A DNA stretch of 63,559 nt, the filler included. It is 3 parts of 3 records of this genome, joined end to end, with 100 filler letters (N's around TTAATTAATTAA, not from the genome) between each part and the next. Parts side by side here need not be neighbours in the genome. Positions count along the whole stretch, not along the records: positions 41,192 to 63,559 come from SRR20825019_2171; 2 more parts are not named here. The stretch is one strand, 5' to 3'. The notes beneath the pieces were generated by a model. The model made no database searches. It worked only from the letters and a program-made list of their open reading frames with translations, and was not told the origin of the DNA. Positions 49,247 through 60,080 of the stretch are shown here, piece by piece. The stretch's first letter is position 1, and every line of letters begins with the position of its first letter. The position numbers were made by a program, and so were the translations under genes.

Positions 49247-51619
49247 ATGGACCGTGTTGGAAAGATCGCTGGCCACATCGAGCCTAGCGCCGGGCCTACC
49301 GTGCAGCCTTGTGCTTCAGTGGTGAGTTGGGCTTGAGAAACTGGGGGAGGGGAGGGGAGGTTATAAAACTCGAGTGAGAGATCCAGACAGCAGGGCGTTG
49401 GTCGCGCTCATTCAGGGGGGGGGGGGGGGGGTCTCACAGTTGGGACTGACGGTATCGCCGCAGCCTCAGCCCAACTTTGACATGAAGAGCATGACCCACC
49501 TGCTCGATAACGACTCCCACGAGCTCCGCCATCGCATCCGTGAGTTCCTGCGCGATCCGTCGTTCACCCCACAGTACGACGTCCCGCTGTCCACGGAGCG
49601 TGAGCTTGCTTACCAGAAGCTGAAGAAGATCTGCGACAACAAGCTCATTTCCGTGACTGACTTCGGGAGGTGAGTTGGACGATAGCCCCGCCGTCTCCGC
49701 CCGGTTCTTACTTAGGCATGGCGCAGTGACCCCCGCCGTGTGTTCGCGGCGCATGAGTGTGCGGGCCTTGCTGACGGGAGCATGGCGACCAAGATGACTG
49801 TGCAGTTCAACCTGTTTGGAGGGACCGTGTACAAGCTCGGTACCAAGCGCCACCACGACCAGTTTGTTAAGGGCATCGACGACCTCAGTGCCGTCGGGTG
49901 CTTCGCGCTGACGGAGCTCGGCTATGGCAACAACGCCGTGGAGATGGAGACGACCGCGACGTATGATAAGAAGACTCAGGAGTTCATCATCAACTGCCCC
50001 TCCACCCTTGCCCAGAAGTATTGGATCACCAATGGTGCCATTCACGCGAAGTGGGCGGTCGTCTTTGCCCAGCTGTTGTGAGTGGCGGACGGGGCGTGGC
50101 TCTGGGAGGGAGCGGTGTGTGACAGTGCTGTATTGCAGGATCGATGGTGAGAACTATGGTGTCCACGCCTTCGTGTGCCGTATCAGGAACGAGGATCTGT
50201 CTGTCTGTCCCAACGTCAAGATTGAGGACATGGGTTATAAGATGGGCTGCAACGGTGTTGATGTGAGTGTCCAGCCGCCGGGGAACGGAGGGACCCTGTG
50301 GTGCGCGGTGCTGACGTGCCGCTCGTAGAATGCCAAGCTGTGGTTTGACAACGTGAGGGTGCCCCGTACCGCCCTCCTCAACGCCCACTCGGATGTGCTT
50401 CCCGACGGCACCTTCCAAAGCTCCATCAAGTCCCGCCGTGCCCGCTTCCTCAAGGTTGCCGGTGAGTTTGGGGTAGAGAGTGACCATTTTCCTTCTCTGC
50501 TGACGCGCGGTGCAGACCAGCTCCTCAGCGGCCGAGTGTGTATTGCCGGCATGTGCCTCTCTGCCTCCAAGTGCGCCCTCCTCATCGCCACCCGTTACGC
50601 CTCTACCCGTCTGACTGGTAAGCGAGTCCTGTTGTGGGCGAGTGGGACCCGCGCTGATGTCCGTTGCAGTCGGCCCCACCGGCAAGTCCGACACGGCCAT
50701 CCTCGACTACCAGCTCCAGCAGCGTGCCCTTGTCCCTCTTATTTCGCGCACCTATGGTATCAACATCGCGCTGAACGAGGTGAAGGAGACCTATTGCAAG
50801 AAGAACATGACTCCTGATGGTGAGTGTTAGCTGGTCCCACCGGGGGCGTGGAGTGTGGTGTTGACGACTGGTGCAGAGGAGATGGAGAACCTCATCCGGT
50901 GCTGTGTGATCAAGCCGCTGTCCTCATGGAACACAGAGCGCTGCGGGACGGTCTGCCGCGAGCGCTGTGGCGGCCAGGGATACCTCGCCGTGAACATGCT
51001 TGGCAACATTATCGGGTTCGCCCACGCGGGCATGACGGCGGAGGGTGATAACTCCGTGTTGATGCAGAAGGTTGCCAAGGAGATGATGGGCTGCATTCAG
51101 AAGGGAACGGCCAACCTCGACCTCGAGGATGCGCCCCCGGCCAACGTGGACGATCCCAGATACCTCCGCTACGTGCTCCGTGCGCGCGAGGTGTGTGCGT
51201 TCGAGACCCTGATGGGCGACATGTCCACCAAGATGGGCAACGGTGAGAACCTCTTCGACGTGTGGATGAAGCAGGAGTCCGATGGCGTGCAGCTGGCTGC
51301 CCGGGCGTTTGGTGAGCGCTTCATCTTCGACGCTTTCCTCCGTGCCGTCGACAGCACCGTCCCCGCCAACCGCGCCACGCTCCTTGCCCTCGCCAAGCAA
51401 TTCGCGCTCGCGATTGTGGAGTCGGAGCTGGGATGGTTCATGATGAACGAGATCGTCACCGCGGAGGGAGGACGCCAGGCTTCCACCCGCTCAAGGGAGC
51501 TGTGTGCTGAGCTCGGTGCTCAGTCTGTCAACCTGTGCAGCGCCTTTGGCATCCCGGACCACGTCGCCGAGCGCGCACCCATCGCCGCCGACTGGGTTGG
51601 ATTCAACGTTATGAAGTAG
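49247..51619 (+). CDS. ACOX: Peroxisomal acyl-CoA oxidase with N-terminal PTS2, multi-exon
   Basis: KMTVQFNLFGGT, GCFALTELGYGNN, AQKYWITNGA, KMGCNGVDNA, CRERCGGQGY and TAEGDN. The first exon 49247-49321 (MDRVGKIAGHI...) splices in frame across intron 49322-49463. Confidence 0.92.
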
Positions 51620-52226
51620 GCATGTGAAGAAGTAAATTATCTATTTTTGGAAGCAAAGTTGGTTGTTCTAGAGATCGAGGATGGGTGACCTGCCCGACCC
51701 GACCGTGCGAGCCCTAACCAGTTTTATCGCCAACCGGGGCCACCCACCGCAGCGGGCGGGCGCCGGGGCCTGGGCCGCCGGGCCCGGGCCGGCCCGCGCC
51801 CGGCGGCAGTCCCGCTGCGGCCGGCAGGCCGCCCGGCCCCGCCGCCGCCGGCGGGCGCCCACAAACCAGCCTGGGTTGCTGTGGGGCCGGGGGCGCCCTC
51901 CCGGCGCCACCGTTCCCGCTCAGCTGGCACCGCGCCGCTGATGGTTGCCGCTCCTCTGAGGCCACGCGCCGGCTTCAGTCAGTCAGTGGCCACGGCAGCA
52001 CACCCAACGGGTTGTGCCGGGCGGTCAACGCTCGGATAGCACCATGTGATGGTGATGCTGTCCTGCCGCGCGGTGGAACTGGTCTTGAACCCACTTGCTT
52101 TGGAGAGCGCGGCGCACTCGCGCCCTGGGAGCGACACGCCACCGTGTTGCCATGAATGGTCCACGCTTGGTCGCTCCATCCGTATTTATTCGTCGACACC
52201 ACCGGTACTCGCAAGGAGTCGGCGCG

Positions 52227-53838
52227 ATGGTTGTGAAAGGCGAGCGCATCTCAACCAACGAGCGGGACTTCATCCTGCAGGCGTGCAGGCAGGAGCTCCG
52301 GGTGGATGGCCGCGGCATGTGGGCGTGGAGGCGCGTTCACGTTCGCTTTGGTCGTCTCCCCGGGACGGCGGAGGTTCAGCTGGGCAGGACAAGGTGAGTT
52401 TCGCAGTGAAGCCCATTTGCCGGGGGGGGGTCTAACTAGAGGCCCCGCGTCAGGGTGTTGGCGGTGACGTCCGCGGACATCATGGAGCCCAAGGTTGAGC
52501 GACCGACAGAGGGCTTCCTGCAGTTCCACACGGAGTTTTCACCGATGGCATCTCCCCACGTGGAGATGGGACGGGGCGCCCAGTCGGAACTGGCGGTCGA
52601 GCTCGCTCGGATTATGGAGAGGTGCATCAAGGGCAGCAGGGCGCTGGACACGGAGGCGCTGTGTGTGGTTGCCGGAAAGAAGGTGTGGTGCATCCAAGTG
52701 GACGTGACTGTTCTTGACGACGGCGGCAACCTCATCGACTGCGCCAACCTGGCGGTAAGTGTCCCCGCCCGGCGGGCCTCGTGCTATCTACTCTGAATGA
52801 CTCCGAATGCCGCAGGCGCTGGCGTCTCTCATCCATTTCAAGCGTCCCGAGGTGACTATTACGGGCGAAGACGTGACCATACACTCCCCCAATGACCGGG
52901 AGCCAGTCCCCCTCAGCATTCACCACCTCCCTATCTGCTGCACATTCGCCCTGATGGACGGCGGGTAAGCAATTGATTCCTCAGGGCTCGGGAGACCACA
53001 TCACTGACGAGAGATGCAGCGTGGAGACGATCGCGGACCCTTCACACAAGGAGGAGCTGGTGATGGATGGCAGGTTGACTGTCGCCATCAATGTGCAGGA
53101 GGAGCTGTGTCTCGTTCACAAATACGGCGGTGTGTCCGTGGTCAATGGGGGCTGTGGGTGTAATCTGACCTTCCTGATGCATCAGGCGTTGCCATATCAT
53201 CAGACCAGATCAACAAGTGCGCGCGGGTGGCGTCTACCAAGGCGAAGGAGCTCAATGACCTCCTTATGGGCGCGTTCAAAAAGGCGGAGGCGGCAGAGCG
53301 GAAGCTGAAGAACTCGACGATGAAGGGCGCGGTGGATGTGGATATGTCTGGCGTCGTGGACGAGTCGGGAGTCCTTGATGTCGGGACGGTGGTGGGTGTA
53401 TTATGCGGGTCGCGGTGCTGGTGTGGATGGTTTCTGAAGCGTTCCTGGCAGGTGATGGGAGGGGAGGCTGGGAGCTCCGAAGATGAGGAGGGCGGATTCG
53501 CCGACTCCAACGGAATGGAGGTCGACACGGCGCCCAAGGCTCAGGCCCCCGCACCTTCAAAGCCCGCCCCGGTGCAGGAGCTCATGAAGGAACAAAATCG
53601 CAGTAGAGAGATGTTCTCTGGAGGCAAGTCCGGGTGGGACGATGATGACGTGAAGATGGAGGACAGTGAGCGGCCGGCCGCGGACTCCCCAGCGAAAATG
53701 GATAAGAAACCCAGGGTGAGCACGCGTGCTGTTTAGTTAGTGTTGTGCGATGCTGACCTAGGTGATGTGCAGTCGGCCGCGACGGCCGGCATGGGGGATC
53801 TGTCTGTGGCCTTGAAGAAGTCCAAGAAGAAGAAATAA
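52227..53838 (+). CDS. RRP45: RNA exosome core subunit RRP45/EXOSC9, multi-exon
   Basis: STNERDFI..RVDGR, EVQLGRTRV, FSPMASP, ALDTEALCVVAGKKVW, LDDGGNLID, HFKRPEVT and PLSIHHLP, with a Lys-rich C-terminus. Confidence 0.92.
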
Positions 53839-54252
53839 ACAAAATGCCCCCCACCTGAACTGATCATTATTGGTGCATGATGCACTATTCTTGGAATATG
53901 GATTATATTTAGACTTTAATCGGATATACAATATACGTAATAACTGGCCGTTGCGAATTTCCTACGGGCTCTGTAAGGCACGTGAAGAGTGCCCGTCACG
54001 ACGGCGGACACGCGCCGGGCGCTCGCGGACCGGTCCCGGAGGCCGGGGGCGCGCCCCCCGCCCCACGGCCCGGCCCGCCTTCTCCTCCGGGCCCCCGACG
54101 GTCTGCTCGTGGCTGCCAGGCATGCCTGTGCTGACCGGGGCAACTTTCTTTGCGGGTTTGCTCGGGCGGCACCAGACAGTGCGCGTTTATATTGAAGAGA
54201 TGATGAAACAGCGGGTTATTCATCGAGGGCGCCAGGACCCGAAGGCTCGGCC

Positions 54253-57200
54253 ATGGACGAAGGCCAATATGAAGACGATGCGGTGGACCCACGGCAAGGC
54301 CTTGAGGAGGTGGCCAGGCTGGGTGCCGACGAGGAGGACGACATAGACGCGCTGCGCATGGAGCATTCCATGGTGGAGCGTGACCTGTACCGCGAGATCC
54401 TAATGGAGAATGACGAGTACAATCTGTTTTCGTTCCTCGACCCGATCGTTGAAGACAACTTGGAGAATACTTCGAAGACGAAGCAAGATAACGATGACAG
54501 GCCCGGCCACTTCAACGAGGACACCGGCACCTCTCAGCCCCCGCTGCCCTGGGCCGCAAACATCTCGAAGGACCTGACTCGGCGGGAGCGGAAGGAAATG
54601 CTTGCGCCGATCACCGATGCGGTGCCCGTGGATTGTGTACTTGAGTGGATCTACGGGGCGCGGGTCTGTGAGGCGTCGCAGCTGGTGCAGTTCTCCAAGG
54701 TCGGGGAGATCGTATACGTGTGCGGGCGTGTCGTCATTGTATATGACGAGGGGGACCACTCGCAGTGGTTCTATCGCGAACACACGGCGGACATCATCGC
54801 GCTCGCAATGCATCCGGTTGTGGACGTGGTGGCGACGGGTGAGCTCGCAGTAGACCCCCAGATCCATATTTGGGACCTGGAGACCATGCGCTCCCGCCGG
54901 GTGTTCAAGTGCAAGGAGTACTTTGGGGTGTGCGGGCTGTCCTTCAGCCCCGACGGCGACCTGCTCCTCGCGGTGGGCATGGACCCTGACCACACGGTGA
55001 AGATATACAACTGGAAGAAGGACTCCATGGCCGCGGTGTGTGAGGCTGCCTCGACGGGGAAGCACATCTGGGACGCGAAGTGGTTTAGCGATACGGAGTT
55101 TGTGCTCATTGGCGATCACGTTATCCAGTTGTGGGAGGTGGTGGAGGAGAAGGGCGAGAGCGGATTCGAGTTTGTGATGTACAGTGAGGACGGGGTGATC
55201 CCCGAGCCGAATTCCCTCCATACTATCACATGTATGTGCTTGGTCCCGTGGTACGGGATGGACCAGCAGCGAGTGCAGGGTTTCAACGTGATCTCGGACG
55301 TGGTCCTGGTCACGGGGACGGCCCACGGCCATCTGTACGTATGGGATCGGAACGTTGTCATCGCATCGGTACTTGACGCCCACAGCGGGCCCATCTACGC
55401 ACTCTCGGGGGGGTGGGACGTGGGCTCCTTGGTGTCGACCGGTCAGGATGGCCACGTGCGGATATGGAGAATCCGATACGATAACGAGGAGCGCGAGTAC
55501 ACCAAGACGATAGTGACCCGGGGGAAGGAGCTGCAGGTGGAGAAGAAGTTCTACGTGCAGGTGGTGACTATCTATATGGAGAGTGAGATCTGCATAGGCG
55601 TGCCCATGCGCACGTGTATCACGAGCAAGCGGGCGCTCAACTACGACGTCTCGTTTGTCCCTTCGTTCATGGCCTACTTTGTGGAGGAAGGAACCGGGGT
55701 GATGAAGGAGGACACTGCACAGATCCAGGAGGCGCTGTACAACCTCTACAGCCGGGAGGGGGAGCGTATGAGGAGGGAGGAGGAAGCGCGGGCGGAGAAC
55801 GCCAAGGCGAAGATCCACTCCAACACCATCTGGGGCAAGATGTACGATGAGAGAAAGAAGGCGCGCGAGGTTGCCCAGGAGAAGATGCGGCAGGCGGCCC
55901 TCAAGACGGCGGCGCGGAACAAGATGTCGCTGCGGGAGAAGCGGTTCGAGGAGATGAGGAGAGAGAAGCTGAAGGCGATAGAGGACAGGAAGAAGGAGGA
56001 GGAACAGTTCATGCGGAAGACCCGGGCGCGGCAGGCCCCGGCGATGAAGGTGGATAAGGCGGTGCCGAAGGTGGCACTGTCCACTACCTCCGCACAGGAG
56101 GCACTTAGGCAGGTCTATGAGAAGAACCGGTCCGTGTTCTACATGGAAGGCGAGGAGAGTGATGAGAGCAGCGATGACGATCAGACTAAGAAGAAGAAAC
56201 AGAAGGCACAGGTGGCTTATGACAAGCTCCGGCGGGTGTCCAATGCGGTGGCGTACCAGGCCTCCACCATCAAGGCCTTTGGCCATACTCAGGGCTTCCG
56301 CCAGCTCCGGCGCATCAGTGATGACATCGCCGCGGCGATGGCTGAGATGCCGATCTTCATTAGCGATGCGGACCCCAATGACTCTGAAGCCCAGAGCAGG
56401 CAGAAAAGTGAGCGGCGATCACTGTTGGAACGCATGGAAACCAAGCCGAAGCTCAACTTCTTCAAGAGCATGGATAACGAGATGGTGCCCGTCAGTCCGA
56501 TCGACGAGAATCCAGGGGGCTCGCGCTTGGAGCGGCATCGCCTCTCGGTCCAAACGAACGCCACCACGGCATCCACGCCCCGTACCGACGATGGCGGAGA
56601 GGATGGGGACAGCAGCGCGAGAAACAAGGAGGCGGGTGGGCTTTTTGAAAGCTCGGATGAGTCCGAGGCGGGCGAGGATGCCGCCGACGCCACGTACCCG
56701 GTCGTGCTGGTGACGACAGCGTCGGGCCACATGCTGGTGCTGCGTGTCAAGCCGGAACAGGTCACGCGGTACCCGCCGGAGCTTCAGGACCGCATGGAGG
56801 AGTGTGACGAGCCCAAGCAGCGGAAGCTACTGTGGGAGATGTGTGAAGAGAAGAAGCGTGTGTTCAAAGAATGGAACTTCGAGAGCACCTCGCGTCGGAT
56901 CAGCCAGTTCCACGCCCCCAGCCTCTGGTTGTCCCCCACATTCCGGGAGACGAACCGCCTGTGGGGGGGCCTTTGCACGCACCCTCAGGAGCCCTACTAC
57001 GCCAGCGGGGCCCTGGAGGGAGTGCTCCACCTGTGGAATTACGATGAGAGGCGCCATGTGGCCATGCGCAAGTTCGACCATGAGATCAGCGTGTGCGAGT
57101 ACAGCAACGACGGGGACATGATTGGGGTAGGCTTCTACAACGGGACGTGGGCGGTGGTGGACGCCATTACCCTCGAGGTGTTGTTTGGCTCCGACACGGA

Positions 57201-57960
57201 TGTGGAGAAATCGATCGTCAACACACACCCGGTCCTTGCCATGAAGTGGTCTCCGGAGGAACCCGATGTCCTCGCCATCGCGACACCACCCGGGCACGTC
57301 ACGGTGTACGAGGTGCTGGACAAGCGGGAGGCGGCGCGGCGGCAGCGCAAGGCCAAGGAGATGGGTATTGACCCGGCCCATATAGAGCAGATGCAGATCA
57401 AGGACGAGCGCTACAAGGCCGAGAACGTGCACCTGACGCATTATCAGATCTATCATCGCCAGCGGCTCAGTTCACACCCCATCTCCAACATGGACTGGTC
57501 CGTCGACGGCTCGTACCTCCAGTGTGCCACCCTGGGCGACGAGCTGGTGTACTTTGACCTGGAGTACAAGGAGCAGCGATATGAGTTTGAGGATTTCACG
57601 ATGATCCAGTGGCACACCCACAACTGCCCCGTCGGGTGGAACCTGCAGGGCGTGGCCAAGTGGTTCCACAGCGCGGCGGAATGCGCCGTGGTGGCGACGG
57701 ACGTGAGCAAGGACATGGAGTTTGTGGCCAGCGTCACCAACACGGGGGTCGTGCAGATCAACTTCTTCCCTGCACTCGGCCCCGCCAAGACGGTCAAGGC
57801 CACCGGGCACAGCGCCCACATCCAGCGGGTCAAATGGAACTTCGACGACTCCCACATATTCACGCTCGGGGGGCGTGACCTCGCAGTGTACCAGTGGGTG
57901 GTTGAGGACGTCATCAATGAGGATGCCCCTGCCCACAAATGGGGGGAGACCGCCTCGTGA
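54253..57960 (+). CDS. EML/EMAP-like HELP + WD40 (TAPE) microtubule-associated protein (1235 aa, intronless)
   Basis: HELP-like LEWIYG, HTADIIALAMHP..VATG, IHIWD, DWSVDGSYLQ, C..GW..QG and C-terminal GHSAHIQRVKW..IFTLGGRDLAVYQW. Confidence 0.85.
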   Translation: MDEGQYEDDAVDPRQGLEEVARLGADEEDDIDALRMEHSMVERDLYREILMENDEYNLFSFLDPIVEDNLENTSKTKQDNDDRPGHFNEDTGTSQPPLPWAANISKDLTRRERKEMLAPITDAVPVDCVLEWIYGARVCEASQLVQFSKVGEIVYVCGRVVIVYDEGDHSQWFYREHTADIIALAMHPVVDVVATGELAVDPQIHIWDLETMRSRRVFKCKEYFGVCGLSFSPDGDLLLAVGMDPDHTVKIYNWKKDSMAAVCEAASTGKHIWDAKWFSDTEFVLIGDHVIQLWEVVEEKGESGFEFVMYSEDGVIPEPNSLHTITCMCLVPWYGMDQQRVQGFNVISDVVLVTGTAHGHLYVWDRNVVIASVLDAHSGPIYALSGGWDVGSLVSTGQDGHVRIWRIRYDNEEREYTKTIVTRGKELQVEKKFYVQVVTIYMESEICIGVPMRTCITSKRALNYDVSFVPSFMAYFVEEGTGVMKEDTAQIQEALYNLYSREGERMRREEEARAENAKAKIHSNTIWGKMYDERKKAREVAQEKMRQAALKTAARNKMSLREKRFEEMRREKLKAIEDRKKEEEQFMRKTRARQAPAMKVDKAVPKVALSTTSAQEALRQVYEKNRSVFYMEGEESDESSDDDQTKKKKQKAQVAYDKLRRVSNAVAYQASTIKAFGHTQGFRQLRRISDDIAAAMAEMPIFISDADPNDSEAQSRQKSERRSLLERMETKPKLNFFKSMDNEMVPVSPIDENPGGSRLERHRLSVQTNATTASTPRTDDGGEDGDSSARNKEAGGLFESSDESEAGEDAADATYPVVLVTTASGHMLVLRVKPEQVTRYPPELQDRMEECDEPKQRKLLWEMCEEKKRVFKEWNFESTSRRISQFHAPSLWLSPTFRETNRLWGGLCTHPQEPYYASGALEGVLHLWNYDERRHVAMRKFDHEISVCEYSNDGDMIGVGFYNGTWAVVDAITLEVLFGSDTDVEKSIVNTHPVLAMKWSPEEPDVLAIATPPGHVTVYEVLDKREAARRQRKAKEMGIDPAHIEQMQIKDERYKAENVHLTHYQIYHRQRLSSHPISNMDWSVDGSYLQCATLGDELVYFDLEYKEQRYEFEDFTMIQWHTHNCPVGWNLQGVAKWFHSAAECAVVATDVSKDMEFVASVTNTGVVQINFFPALGPAKTVKATGHSAHIQRVKWNFDDSHIFTLGGRDLAVYQWVVEDVINEDAPAHKWGETAS

Positions 57961-58061
57961 TACTGAACGGCAAGTCACAACTTTGTTCAAGCACGGTCAC
58001 CTTATCGCAATCATGACGCCCACACAAGCGGCGGAGTAAAAGAGTGATACGATGAGCGTTG

Positions 58062-59377
58062 TTAGTTATTCTTCTTGGCCGCCGAGCGGTCGAGGTCCAA
58101 GGACCATCTGAGGTTCCAGTTCCCAAAGTCCACAGAGTACGAAGCAACGAACACTAAGACAAAAATTAGCATGACCGTGATGAAAGCTGGCAACAGAACG
58201 GAGCACATACACATGATGGAGGCGACACTTGCATACTGACTCAACGCACCGACCATGAACCGCCCCGCCAGCGTCGCGTCTGGAAGCAACAAGAACGATT
58301 AGACCCGGGCACCGGGATTGAAGTGCGGATGGCCTTACCGGAGAGGTGGGGGATCTTGAAGAAGATTGGATGGAACACGAGCGACAGAGGCACGAAGAAC
58401 AGCGAGAGGAAGAAGGTCCGCTTCATGTAGATACTGGTCGTGGACACTGGGAACTGCGCGCGTGGAGGGACGCACATCAGCACACCAACACCCGCATACG
58501 GCAGCAGTTGCGCCTACCTTTTCATTGAGCTTCGGTGTCGCCCGCACATGCCCCAGCTGCACGCCACGCGATGATCAGCACATCGACACAGGAACCGCAC
58601 CACGTACTGCGCTCGCGCACTCACAATGGACAACATGCAGGCCGCGTGGATAGTGGCGCACGCAAAGAACACCCCGGCCCCGGTCTGGTGCACCTCCGAC
58701 TGGATGGTGGGCTTGGGTGGCTCCTTCCCCCGGCTGGCCGCGGCGAAGAACATCCAAGCGTTCTCCTGCAGATATGTTCTATTTTTAGATTCGTGCCTTT
58801 GACTATGGGCGGGGTGGGGAGCCGGGGGTTAACTAACCTGGAGCGGGACAACGGACTGGAGAAGGAGGCACAGGCACTGCTCCCCAACATAGGTTATTAG
58901 TCGCCGGCGAAGCTAGCACCACGGCCGCCTTCCGCACCCCAGACCTACCGCAATGACGGCGAAAATCACCGCTGCCCACGCGGTGCCGCGATATTCGGGC
59001 GCCTCGCGCGTGATCTCCCACAGAATCCTGCGAAGGAAATAGGCAGCGACGAGGAATATCTCCGCCACGATGGACAGCCCCGCCGAGTATACGTATCTGC
59101 AGGCGAGGTCAGGCCGCGGCGGGCAGGGCAGTGCGCGCAGCGTACTTTTCTGGGCTGACGCAGCCTGTGAGGCTGAAGGGCACGATCCACACCCCGACGT
59201 GATTATAATACATGCACAACCCTACATCAGTCGTTATCACGCCATGTTCACGCCACTGCTCCGCGCTCGACTCGTACCGTACGATGTCGCAAGTGTCAAG
59301 GCGCCTACGAGGCATGCGCCGGCGGGCACCACTGCTAGGGGGAGCCCTCCTTTTAGATACGACATGCTTGTTGACAT
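58062..59377 (-). CDS. Multi-pass membrane protein, possibly Frag1/DRAM/Sfk1 (TMEM150) family, multi-exon
   Basis: Hydrophobic exons with PFSLTGCVSPEK (resembling PYISDTG..PE) and VHQTGAGVFF (resembling H..GA..F). Exon structure is approximate. Confidence 0.5.
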
Positions 59378-60080
59378 ATGTCGAAAGGCGCCCTGAAGCT
59401 TTATATAGACGTCGGTCTTGAGGGGCGGCCCCCTAAATCTGGAAGCTCAACGGTCGAGCGGTCTCCGGACGGCACTGGTGCGTCGTAGCCGGCTCGCGAC
59501 GGGTCCGGGAGGGCGTGGTCGCCCGGCCGGCCATGACTCATCAGCTAAGTAAGCCCTGGCAAGCCTGAGCCACTTGGCCGTGCTATGCTCGGCCGCCACC
59601 ACGCCGAGCCCGGCGGGTTAAGCTTAGCCACGACCCTCAGGACTTAAAATCAATTGAACCAGAGGGGCCCGGACCGCACAGCCGGCCCTGACTGAAAGGC
59701 GCCCCGAGCCACTGTCCCTCGGAGTTCCGAGTCACAGGGGCCTCCCAGGCGACTGTGACCGTTATCCGATGCGAATCCGGGTACACAGTGGTACCGTACT
59801 GACTAGGCCACTGACTTCACTGATCACCCCACTGACGAACGGAGCCGGCCCCGTGCCGGCCAACTCAGCCGCCATCACCCCCGCCGCCGCCCACGGCCAC
59901 CGGGCCGGCATTGGAGATGGCCGGCTGCCACGTCTCGTCGCAGTGACGACGGACCCGGCAGGGTCCGACGGTGTCCCCAAGCCCTACTGCCAGTGCCTCG
60001 CCCCCCCCTCGCGCCGCCTAGATCGCCCCCATCTATATCAGACACGTTCGTGACCCCAGGCTGTCACAGTGTACTCTGAA

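Noticed and set aside
54400-56286. 628-aa antisense ORF (and similar shadow ORFs at 42778-43950 and 4138-5676)
   Set aside because: Antisense shadows of GC3-rich real genes.
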